A DNA stretch of 64,000 nt from the NCBI RefSeq assembly GCF_009834535.1, contig NC_045696.1, positions 28,584,001 to 28,648,000 of the forward strand. Direction: 5' to 3'. Below the pieces are notes generated by a model. That model was not told where the DNA came from, ran no database searches, and saw only the letters and a list, made by a program, of their open reading frames with translations. The position numbers were made by a program, and so were the translations under genes. This DNA is from Camelus ferus (Eukaryota). Positions 52,774-64,000 of this stretch are shown here, piece by piece (position 1 is the first letter of the stretch; each line of letters begins with the position of its first letter).

Positions 52774-55700
52774 TTAGATTCCACATATGAGCGATCTCAT
52801 ATGGTATTTTTCTTTCTCTTTCTGGCTTACTTCACTTAGAATGACATTCTCCAGGAGCATCATGTTGCTGCAAATGGCATTATGTTGTCGGTTTTTATGG
52901 CTGAGTAGTATTCCATTGTATAAATATACCACCTCTTCTTTATCCAGTCACCTGTTGATGGACATTTAGGCTGTTTCCATGTTTTGGCTATTGTAAATAG
53001 TGCTGCTATGAACATTGGGGTGCAGGTGTCATCCTGAAGTAGATTTCCTTCTGGATACAAGCCCAGGAGTGGGATTCCTGGGTCATAGGGTAAGTCTATT
53101 CCTAGTCTTTTGAGGAATCTCCACAGTTTTCCATAGTGGCTGCACCAAACTGCATTCCCACCAGCAGTGTAGGAGGGTTCCCCTTTCTCCACAGCCTCTC
53201 CAGCATTTGTCATTTGTGGATTTTTGAATGACGGCCATTCTGACTGGTGTGAGGTGATACCTCATTGTAGTTTTGATTTGCATTTCTCTGATAATTAGTG
53301 ATACTGAGCATTTTTTCATGTGCTTTTTGATCATTTGTATGTCTTCCTTGGAGTATTGCTTGTTTAGGTCTTCTGCCCATTTTTGGATTGGGTTGTTTAT
53401 TTTTTTCTTATTGAGTCGTATGAGCTGCTTATATATTCTGGAGATCAAGCCTTTGTCGGTTTCACTTGCAAAAATTTTCTCCCATTCCGTAGGTTTTCTT
53501 CTTGTTTTATTTCTGGTTTCCTTTGCTGTGCAGAAGCTTGTAAGTTTCATTAGGTCCCATTTGTTTATTCTTGCTTTTATTTCTTCTAGGAGAAAATTTT
53601 TTAAATGTATGTCAGATAATGTTTTGCCTATGTTTTTCTCTAGGAGGTTTATTGTATCTTGTCTTATGTTTAAGTCTTTAATCCATTTTGAGTTGATTTT
53701 TGTATATGGTGTAAGGGAGTGTTCTAGCTTCATTGTTTTACATGCTGCTGTCCAGTTTTCCCAACACCATTTGCTGAAGAGACTGTCTTTATTCCAATGT
53801 ATATTCTTGCCTCCTTTGTCAAAGTTGAGTTGACCAAAAGTCTGTGGGTTCATTTCTGGGCTCTCTATTCTGTTCCATTGGTCTATATGTCTGTTTTGGT
53901 ACCAATACCATGCTGTCTTGATGACTGTAGCTCTATAGTATTGTCTGAAGTCTGGGAGAGTTATTCCTCCAGCCTCTTTCTCTTCAGTAATGCTTTGGCT
54001 ATTCTAGGTCTTTGATGGTTCCATATGAATTTTATTATGATTTTTTCTAGTTCTGTGAAATATGTCCTGGGTAATTGGATAGGGATTGCATTAAATCTGT
54101 AGATTGCCTTGGGGAGTGTGACCATTTTAACAATATTGATTCTTCCAATCCAAGAGCATGGAATATCTTTCCATTTTTTAAAGTCTTCTTTAATTTCCTT
54201 CATCAATGGTTTATAGTTTTCTGTGTATAATTCTTTCACCTCCTTGGTTAGATTTATTCCCAGATATTTTATTACTTTGGGTGCTATTTTAAAGGGGATT
54301 GTTTCTTTACTTTCTTCTTCTGTTGATTTATCGTTAGTGTAAAGAAATGCAACTGATTTTTGAACGTTAATTTTGTAACCTGCTACCTTGCTGAATTCTT
54401 CAATCAGCTCTAGTAGCTTTTGTGTGGACCTTTGAGGGTTTTCTACATATAGTAACATGTCATCAGCATATAATGACACTTTCACCTCTTCTTTTCCAAT
54501 TTGGATCCCTTTTATTTCTTTCTCTTGCCTGACTGCTGTGGCTAGGACTTCCAGGACTACGTTGAATAGGAGTGGTGATAGTGGGCATCCTTGTCTTGTC
54601 CCAGATTTTAGTGGGAAGCTTTTGAGTTTTTCACCTTTGAGTACTATGCTGGCTGTAGGTTTGTCATATATAGCTTTTATTATGTTGAGATATGTTCCCT
54701 CTATACCCATTTTGGCGAGAGTTTTTATCATAAGTGGGTGTTGAATTTTATCAAATGCTTTTTCTGCATCGATTGAGATGATCATGTGGTTTTTGTCCTT
54801 TCTCTTGTTGATGTGATGTATTACACTGATTGATTTGCGTATGTTGAACCAGCCTTGTGTCCCTGGGATGAACCCCACTTGGTCATGATGTATAATCTTT
54901 TTTATGTGTTGTTGGATTCTATTTGCTAAAATTTTGGTGAGGATTTTGGCGTCTATGTTCATCAGTGATATTGGCCTATAATTCTCTTTTTTGTAGTGTC
55001 TTTGCCTGGTTTTGGTATCAGGGTGATGGTGGCTTCATAGAATGAGTTTGGGAGTATTCCCTCCTTTTCAATCGTCTGGAAGAGTTTGAGAAGGACTGGT
55101 ATGAGTTCATCTTTGTATGTTTGGTAGAATTCCCCGGTGAAGCCGTCCGGTCCTGGACTTTTATTTGTAGGGAGGTTTTTAATTGCTATTTCTATTTCCT
55201 TTCTAGTGATCGGATTGTTCAAGTGTTCAGATTCTTCTTGATTTAGTTTTGGTGGACAGTATGTTTCCAGAAACTTGTCCATCTCCTCTAGGTTATCCAG
55301 TTTGGTTCCATACAGTTTTTCATAATATTCTCGTATGATATGCTGTATTTCTATTTTGTTTGTTGTAATTTCTCCATTTTCCTTTCTTATTTTGCTAATT
55401 TGTGCTCTCTCTTTTTTCTTCTTTGTGAGTTTGGCCAGAGGTTTGTCGATTTTATTTACTTTTTCAAAAAACCAGCTTTTGGTTTGGTTGATTTTTTCTA
55501 TGGTCTTGTTAATCTCTATTGAATTTAATTCCTCTCTGATCTTTATTATTTCCTTCCTTCTGCTGCTTTTTGGGGCTTTTTGTTCTTCTTTTTCTAATTC
55601 ATTCAGGTGGTGGGTTAAATTGTTTATTTGAGATTGTTCTTCTTTTTTGAGGAAGGCCTGTATCGCTATAAACTTCCCTCTTAGCACTGCCTTTGCTGTG

Positions 55701-56563
55701 TCCCATAGGTTTTGAGTGGTTGTGCTTTCATTATCATTTGTCTCAAGGTATTTTTTAATTTCAGCTTTGATTTCCTCATTGATCCATTGTTTTTTCAATA
55801 ACATATTGTTTAATCTCCATGCTTTCCTTTTTTTCTCCTTTGTTTCTCTGTTGTTGATTTCCAGTTTCATGGCATTGTGGTCAGTAAAGATGCTTGAGAT
55901 AATTTCTATCTTCTTAAAATTGTTGAGGTTTCTTTTGTGCCCAAGTACATGATCGATCCTGGAAAATGTTCCATGTGCACTTGAAAAGAATGTATATCCT
56001 ATTTTTGGGGGGTGTAATGCTCTGAAAATATCCACCAAATCTAGTTTTTCTATTGTAGTATTTAATTTCTCTGTTGCGTTGTTTATTTTCTGTCTGGAAG
56101 ATCTGTCTAGTGATGTTAATGCAGTGTTAAAATCTCCAAGTATGATTGTATTCCCATCAATATCCCCCTTTATCTCTGTTAGTAATTCTTGTATGTACTT
56201 AGGTGCTCCTATATTGGGTGCATATATATTAACGAGTGTAATATCCTCATCTTGTATCACTCCTTGAATCATTATAAAATGTCCTTCTTTATCTTTCTTT
56301 ATGGCCTTTGTTTTAAAGTCTATTTTGTCTGAAATCAGTACTGCAACACCTGCTTTTTTGGCTTTTCCATTTGCATGGAATATCCTTTTCCATCCTTTCA
56401 CTCTCAATCTATATGTGTCCTTCTCCCTAAAGTGGGTCTCTTGTATGCAGCATATTGAAGGTTCTTGCTTTATTATCCAGTCTGCCACTCTGTGTCTTTT
56501 GACTGGAGCATTTAGTCCATTAACATTTACAGTAATTAATGATAGATGTGTGTTTATTGCCAT
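52774..56563 (-). pseudogene. L1 ORF2p (APE endonuclease + reverse transcriptase + Cys-rich C-terminus), disrupted
   Basis: EN motifs NVNGLN, QETH, GDFN and TDHN; RT motifs [14 protein letters not shown] and KYLGI; C-terminal CWRGC..HCWWEC. Frameshifts lie at ~54987-54992, ~53975-53983 and ~53123-53125, with a nonsense TGA at 52860-52862. The native stop TAA is at 52774-52776. Confidence 0.97.
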
Positions 56564-56966
56564 TTTGAACTTATCTTCGCAGTTGAATTGGTATATCCTC
56601 TTTGTTCCTTTCTTCTTCCTTTTGTGGTTTGGTAATTTTCCTTTGTATTATCATGGATTTTATTTAATTTTTGTGACTCCTTTGTAAATTTTTGGCTTGT
56701 GGTTACCCTTTTTTGTAAATCTATCAACCCATTACTGTAACTGTTTTTATTAAACTGATAGTAACATGATCTCAAACCCATCCTACTGTTAAAAAAATTT
56801 AAAAAAGAAAGAAAAAATATTCTATATTTCCCTGCCTCCCTCTCCCACTCTCAGTGATTTGTATGTCTTCTTTTATAATTTCATGTTTACTTTATTTGTA
56901 ATTCATGAGTTATCACCTTTCCAGTTGTGTGTTTCTCATTTCTGTAGCATCCTGCTGCTTTTCTAT

Positions 56967-57869
56967 TTAGAATAGCCCTTTCAATATTTCTTTTAGCATG
57001 GGTGTAGTGTTGCTAAACTCCTGCAGCTTTTTTTTGTCTGTGAAACTCTTTATTTCTCCTTCTATCCTCAAGGATAGCCTTGCTGGATAAAGGATCCTAG
57101 GCTGCATCTTTTTTTCATTCAGGGCTTTGAATATATCTTGCCACTCCCTTCTGGCCTGTAGTGTTTGTGTAGAGAAATCAGCTGAGAGCCTTATGGGGGT
57201 TTCCTTGTAACTTACTCTTTGCTTTTCTCTTGCTGCCTTTAGAATCCTTTCTTTATCCTTGACTCTGGCCATCTTGATTATGCTATGTCTTGGTGTGGGT
57301 CTATTTGGGTTCTTCCTGTTTGGGACCCTCTGAGCTTCCTGTACTTGGATATCTGATTCCTTCTTTAAGTTTGGGAAGTTTTCAGTCATGATTTCTTCAA
57401 AAACCTTTTCAATCCCCTTTGATCTTTCTTCTCCTTCTGGGACCCCTATCATGCGAAGATTGGGACGCTTTATATTATCCCATAGGTCCCTTATGCTATT
57501 TTCATTATTTTTTATTTGCTTATCTTGTAGTTCTTCTGAATGGGTGCTTTCTATTGCCCTGTCTTCTAGATCACTAATTCGTTCCTCTGCATTATCTAGT
57601 CAGCTTTGCACAGCTATTAGATCATTCCTCATCTCTGTCAATGAGTTTACCCATTCTACTTGGCTCTTCTTTATAGCTTCAATTTCATTTTTGACATATT
57701 TTATATCTCTAAACACTATCTCTTTTAATTCCCTCAGCAATTCGATCAATCCTTTTTTGAAATCTTGATCTAGTAGGCTATCGATGTCTATTTCGTTGAT
57801 CTTTCTTTCAGGGGATTTCTCTTGTTCTTTTAATTGGGAAAGGTTTTTCTGCTTCTTCATCTTGCTCAT
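56967..57869 (-). pseudogene. L1 ORF1p (coiled coil/RRM/CTD RNA-binding protein) with one premature stop
   Basis: ORF-track pieces 57600-57869 and 56967-57452 are in the same frame, separated by one TGA at 57600-57602 (likely CGA>TGA). Motifs IGVPEGEE, ENFPNL, RLSADFS, ARREW and YPARLS are present. Confidence 0.95.
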
Positions 57870-58369
57870 ACCTCTTTGGCACTGTGGTTTATGGAGTATC
57901 AGTTGTTTATTTTGGTCCTTAAAGATTTTATCTATCTGATGCCTATTTAGGAATAGAACTTAGGAAAAAAAGAAAAAAAAATAAAAGAGAGAGAGAAAGA
58001 ATTTTAAAAGAAGGGAGAAAGAGGGTTTGAAAACAGTGTATAATGAATAATAGAAGAGTGAGTTGAAGCAGAGTATTAATCGGGTTGAGACGTCCTTTTA
58101 AAACCTTTACAAAAAAAAGGCGGGGGGGGAGATGAATAGATGTATTTGAAACCTGTGTCTAATCAATAACAGGACAACAAAACCCAAGAGAAATAGAAAT
58201 GAATTAAGAAGTAAAAATTAAGAGAGTAATAGAAAATAGAACAGGTAAAAACAGATTTAAAAAAAAAAAAGGAGGGGGTTGTCAGTGTTCTCCTGGAGTC
58301 TGTGTGCTTTTACTGTGAAGTCTTTCTGTCTTCATCCTGTTTTGGAAGCTCAGCTTACTGTTTTCAGAG

Positions 58370-59546
58370 GCCCTCCGTTGGCGCCCTCTTCTGTGCTGCT
58401 CCCAGCACCTGTCGGCAAGCAGATCACGCCTCCTCCTAACACTGGGTCAGGTGCAGCTCTCTGCTGTGGGCGGGCGGGTCGCTGCCCCTCCAGATGCCGC
58501 AGTCAGATGTTGCAGACTGGCCAGGTAGGAGGGCGGGTCGTGCCCCCTCCCAGCACCTCGGTCAGGGGCTGTGTTCCTGCCCGAAAGGCGGGGGGGCCGC
58601 TCTCCCTCTACCTGCGCCACCGGTAGCTCCGCTCTCTGTGCGGCTGTGCGCTCCGCCCTGGTCGGCGCTCCGAAGGTGGGCTCGGGGAAGACCAAGGGAC
58701 AGCCCTGTCCCTGCTCTGAGCCAAAACCCAGCTCCTTGTTTGTCTTTGTGGAGCAAGTTCTCTGAGGGACCAGGATGGAAGGATCCTATCTGCCCCGGGC
58801 TGCAGGCCAGTTTCAGTCTGGCCTTTGAGGCTGCTAAGCCCTTCAGTGCGGATGCAGGTTTCGCTCCCGCCCCCGCCTGGGTGCTAAGCCCGGAGGATAT
58901 GGCGGCTGTGCCTGAGCCCCGCCTCTCTTCCCCCGAAAACTTTCCGCGGGTTTTCAGAGATGGGGGTGTGCACCCTTCCCCCGAGAGCACATCAACCTTG
59001 CTATTTTATGGAGGGCCCAGGTTGTTCTGCCCTGTGCACCCACAGCCATGGCGCGCAGCCCCTTGCGTTCCCCCGGGGCTGCCTCCATGCAGCCACTTCC
59101 GTCCTCCGCCCGGCTTGTGCAGCCTGGCCCTGCCCGCCGCTGACGGCCCGCGTCTCAGGCTGGGTGTTGGGGGGACGCTCTATGCCCGTTTAACTTAGTT
59201 CTGTTAGTCAAGGGCTGCTCTGTACAGATCTGAGCCTCGGAGGCTCCCCCTCCGTCCCGCTGGCCTCTCAGTTGTAGAGGGGAGACCCAGCGAGCGAGCG
59301 CCAGTCTTCCTTTGCCGCTCCCTCCCCGCGGGACCCGTCCCGCACTGCTTTGCCTTTTGTTCTTTCTTTTTTCCTTTTCTCCTACCAGATTTTTGGCGTC
59401 TTTATCTTTTGAAGAGGGCAATGTTCTGTTGGAGTTCCACAGGTGCTCTGGTTGGCTAAGTGGGTCTGTAGATGTGGGTCTTGGTGTATTTGTGGGAGAG
59501 GGTGACCTGCGAGCGTCCTTCTACTCCGCCATCTTCTCCGTCTATC
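58370..59546 (-). promoter_or_regulatory. CpG-rich L1 5'UTR internal promoter
   Basis: The only CpG-island-like stretch in the window, with GC boxes (gggcgg) and GCCATCTT (YY1) at ~59528-59535 next to the L1 5' end. Confidence 0.85.
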
Positions 59547-61149
59547 TGTGTTTGTGTATTTTGTAGGATATTCATGAATGTTTTCAGCAAATTAACACAC
59601 CCTATTTATCCTGATGATAATTTTAGAGTAAAATGTATTTATTGTATGACAATTATTCATTATGTGATGGATCTTTTAATCTTCAATAGTCTTTAAGGAT
59701 TAAACCCTAGAAACTATGATGTGTATAAAACTTTACACTAAACACCAAATATAATTTTAAAAAATGTAAAATAATGATTATTCCATGAGTGTGTGTACTT
59801 CTCCTAACTTTGTAGGAAAGTGACCAAAAGTCAGAAAAGAAAGAAGGAAATTAATACAGAGAAAAGGCAGATTAAATAAATAATTATATCAGACAAGGCT
59901 TGAATGTACATGTAATGTATCAAATTCCTAAACAATACATTACATTATGTGTAGATTTCATTCTATTTAAAAGAAATCAGTAGTTTTAAACAACATAAAA
60001 TAGTATTCTAAGCTTGCAAAATAAACAAGAAACAATGAAGTACTTAGAGACTATCGTATTTCATTCAAATATGGAGCTGCTCTTTATTTAATCAATACTG
60101 ACTGAGTTATAATAGGGCATTTTAAATGTCTAGTTTAGTATTTCAAATAATATATCTATAGTGTTAATTAAATCAGAAAAAAGGACTGAATGTCACAATC
60201 ATTTCTAGTTAACCTAGTGACTTTTTCTGTAAGAAATTTTCATTTTTTTATTATCAAATATCAAGTGTGTAAATCAAATTATATCTGCTTTTTATCATGT
60301 AAAAATTAGAGCCTGGCCTAAAAGGAAATGTAAAATTAAGAGTGACATATAGATTGCATTTATAGTGAGGATGAGAATGTAAGCTTCAGACATTGCATTA
60401 GGAAGAAAAAAGGAATCTTTCTGAAGACTTTTGTGGTTCCAAGTAGCCAAATAAATCAGGATTGTGTGTTTACTAAACTGAATTATATGCATATCATGGA
60501 ATAAATCCAGAATGTCGGCTACAGTAATGAGTATACCCAAACTACATCAATATTTCATTTACTAATAGTAATGTATAGCACAAGACAGGACGTAATGTGT
60601 TTGCAGAAGCATTCAGGCAAGGAATTCAGGCATGTGGGCTTATTTTGCAGAGCAGAGTATACTGATTATGCTCAAAGATTGTGTATCATCTCTGTTTGAG
60701 CCTATAAATCTCTGTGGAAAAATTGAAGACCCGATTTTGATATGATATTATTGGAATTAATAGAGTTGCAAAATACATAGCCTATATGAAATCCTTGGGA
60801 AATAAAATCTATTTTCCCCAACCAAAAGGAAAGGGATATTTTCTTTAGCATGTTGTGGGTTTTGTTTTAAAATATCAGTTTAAATGATATGAAATATGTT
60901 TTTAAAATCAATACACCTTTAGGAAATTTAGAAAAATTATGTTTTAGGATTTACAACTCTAAGTCCAGTTACTTTCACTCTATGCCATACCTTATCTGTC
61001 TTCATTGCAAAGCTTTAGGATGTGATTTGCCATTATAAAATTAAGCAAGGGTAGTTCAACCTTAAGTAGTGCATTCTTTATCTCATTTGCAAAATAAAGA
61101 TGTTGGAATAAGGCATCTACATATTTTTTTGCCAATTCTAAAATGCCAT

Positions 61150-62980
61150 AAATTTGTTAATACAGCTGTGGGAAAACTGGCACTCCCACATTTCTAGTGC
61201 AAATTCCAATCTGTAGAACCCTTATGGAGAGGAATTTAACAAAACAACATATGTGTTTATCTTATGATTCAAAAATTCCCCTTCTTGGAGTTTATGCTGA
61301 AAACACACCTCCAATAATATGAAAATACATAAATGTGTATTCATTAATTGCAGGATTTTTTTGTATTTACAAGATACTGGAAACAGTGTGAAAGTCCATA
61401 CATAGCAGAGATGTTAATAAATGAGTATATCCACAAAATGGCCATGTAGCTGTAAAACGGAATAAGAAAGATCTATAAGATCTGCTGTAGAATGATTTTG
61501 AAGAAAAAAGAGTATCTATACATACAAAGGGATAACCAATTTTGTGAAAAAAGAGGGGAAAATAAAATACATATGAATTTGCTTCCTTATGCATAAACAC
61601 AGAAATGGTAAACTGGTAACCAATGTTAGTTACTTATGTTGAGATGGCTGCACACTGGGTAGAAAGAATAGAAATTAAATAGAGATTGAGAGGGACACTC
61701 CTGTGAATGTATTTTTTATACAATTCTGACTTTAAAATTATGTTAATGTTTCACATACCCCCAAAATAATAAACTCAGAAATCAAAAGTAATAGAGAAAA
61801 CACTAATATAGAAATGAACAGAAACACATAAATTCAAGTAGATTTCAAGTGATTAGTATAATTATAGGAAAGAAGAAAAAAAAATAACAGTATTTGGACT
61901 ATGTGCTTTTAGGCTAAACACAAATCTTGTACTTTAGTTGCTATTTCATTTCTCTATTTTTATGTGTTAGCAATTCTTAAAGTGCTTTCCATGTATTCTA
62001 TGAGTGAGTTAATAGGCTAATATCCTGTGATAATGAGATCCTGATTCGTCACTGTTAGTTTGAAAGTGCGTGGGGGCTTCCTGGGTGAAATCTGAAACTG
62101 GCCCTGTAGGAGTAGGGAAAGGAGAAACTAAAGAAAAAGGCAGTCTACTCCAGATTAGTAGGTGGTAGGTTTGGAATTGGCAGATGATAGATGAATACAT
62201 AAGAGATACATACTGAAATAGAAGCGACGTTATAGATATTTGTGAAAATACACTATACATTCATTTATTTCCCATACTGTCCTCTAATATAGCCAAGAAG
62301 CCATGACCTTCAGTAGCATGGAACACAGTGTCCAGATTTTGGCTTCTATATATGTCTCCACTAAAAGGAACTAGAGATCCTTCATGAAATGGCGATGCCA
62401 GGACTAGATCAACTGATCCTAGTTGAGTCTAGAATACTGTTACGTGCCAGCAAGTCAGGACATGCTTAAAGAGTGATGCAGAAATTTCAAAGAACGTAAG
62501 AGTCAACATGAAGGAGTCCATACTGAGAAATTTATGACAATTTGTGTATCAAATAAATAATAGAAGTAGATAATTATAATACAGTGAACACCATAAGAAC
62601 CCAGGAATGCATATTGATACAAATAAATAAATGCAAACAAATAAGAGAATGTTCTTCCTAACAGTAGACAGACAGCTAAAGTATGTAGACAGGATGGCAG
62701 AATTACAAAAAATTGCTCTTTGATAATCATAAAATAATAATTGACCTAGGCAAGGATCCTCAATATGTGTAATAATTAGCATTTGAAAGTCTTATGTTTA
62801 ATAACTTATTGTAATCTCAAAGTATAACATCACAATACACTTACTGATTACAATGGGGAAATAATAATTTCACAGTGGAGAAAGCTCACAGTCACCACCT
62901 TAACTGAGGGATTAAAATTAAGATCTACAGTAGTGGGATACTTCAACTTTAGTAGTCACTTGATACAATGCACTGAGAGA
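61150..62980 (+). mobile_element. Ancient L1 (L1MC-like) 3' region
   Basis: Decayed ORF2 end at 61150-61500; 62280-62480 is homologous to 20440-20620 (cagtagca.., ccactaaaaggaactag). Confidence 0.7.
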
Positions 62981-64000
62981 AAAACACGTGTTGAAAGCCC
63001 TTAAAGAGGAAATGCCATTGTCCCTCATATATTCAAGGCTCAGGACAGCTCCGGTCACTCTTTAGTTAGTACCAGGTTTGCCTTGAACCCCAGCCAAGGC
63101 AGAATACATGGCTTTCTTTCTAAGAACCCCAAGGAGGCCTTCTCTTCCGGACAATCAGGACAACCGTTCTTGTACTGATGTGTGTATGTGTGTATGTGTG
63201 TATGTGTGTAGAAGCAGTGTTTTTTTTTTTTTTTTTTAACCCTGCATTTTTTTTCTCCTTGAATTCCCTTTCATGTTTGTTTATCCACTCAAAAAGGATG
63301 CACTGAGTTCCTCCTCTGTTCTGGGTTCAGTGACAGAGGTTGAGGGGATGAATCTGGTATGGATTCTTCACGAAGGAGATTATAGTCTGGGTAGCACAGA
63401 CCTCTGTCAAGCCTACAGCCTTTTAGTGTCGTAAACTTGATGGGAAAGGACCTACAGAATCACTAACTCAGCTCTTCCGTTATTGCAAAGATGTAGACTG
63501 AGAAGTAGGGAGGGTAAGTGGTTTGATCTAGGTCATTTGGATGGTTCCTGGCAGAGCTGGAGTGGATCCCCCGCCCCAGCCTAGTATTTTGATTAATAAA
63601 CCACACTTCTAATCTAGATTCTTGAGAAAACATGCCTTCTTTGGTATTCTGTCTCCCTCCCTTCAAAAGGCTCTGGAACAACCAAATGGCCACCATCTTC
63701 CATAGCCAACGGGCCTGGATTCCCAGCAGAGGAGCACTCCCGTCAGCCCACCCCCATTCTGCAGCAAGGAAGGTGTTTACTAGCACTCTGTTAGTTCTTG
63801 GTTGATTTTTTAAAATGTGTTGTTTGAAATCCTTGCCTTTTATTGGTATATTTACTTTATGGCATACATAAAGAGCTGTATTAAAAAATAAATTGTGTTG
63901 TAAAAGCAAAAAAAAAAAGGGGGGGGGCACTGCACCATTCATGAAGAGAAAAATCCTGCTGGCTTTGAAGAAGTGAAATCCTGCTGTACAAGAACCTGTG

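Larger units (their letters stand above)
52463..59546 (-). mobile_element. Full-length young LINE-1 (artiodactyl/camelid-type), inactivated
   Basis: Perfect 16-bp TSD tgtgtttgtgtatttt at 52447-52462 and 59547-59562. The 5' end has an AAGATGGCG (YY1-type) motif. In order it then has a GC-rich 5'UTR, ORF1, a ~400-bp spacer, ORF2 (EN, RT, C-terminal), a 3'UTR with a G-rich tract, AATAAA and a short A-tail. Confidence 0.98.

Noticed and set aside
53273..57768. Plus-strand hydrophobic ORFs (186, 128, 126 aa etc.)
   Set aside because: They are antisense shadows of L1 ORF1/ORF2, a well-known artefact.
58279..59566. Several overlapping 80-234 aa ORFs on both strands
   Set aside because: They lie in the GC-rich L1 5'UTR where stop codons are rare, are Pro/Ala/Gly/Arg-rich and show no recognisable domain.
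63463..63942. 159-aa minus-strand ORF
   Set aside because: It starts in homopolymer runs and has no recognisable homology or exon structure; probably chance.
1..64000. CRISPR arrays, operons, rRNA/tRNA genes or other prokaryote-type systems
   Set aside because: The sequence is mammalian repeat-rich DNA; I saw no regularly spaced repeat-spacer array, dense ORF packing or structural RNA gene.

Overview
AT-rich mammalian genomic DNA, intergenic or deep intronic. I recognise no host protein-coding exon, RNA gene or CRISPR array. The repeat content suggests a cetartiodactyl, most likely a camelid. This is inference from the artiodactyl-type L1 and MER41-like LTR and from not seeing Alu, B1/B2, Bov-tA/BovB, PRE-1, CAN or ERE SINEs. 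The main feature is a full-length, ~7.08 kb, recently inactivated LINE-1 on the minus strand (52463-59546) with a perfect 16-bp TSD, a CpG-rich 5'UTR and disrupted ORF1 and ORF2. Also present are a twin-primed (5'-inverted) young L1, a heavily deleted two-LTR ERV1-like provirus plus a solo LTR of the same family, a MER41-like solo LTR, MaLR LTRs, a Tigger3-type DNA transposon, many ancient L1/L2/MIR fragments and microsatellites. A repeat-poor island at ~33.7-40 kb carries paired RFX X-box motifs and strong splice signals and is the best candidate for host function. I found no convincing previously undescribed biological system. Family names come from recognition by eye, not a database search, and boundaries of ancient repeats are approximate.
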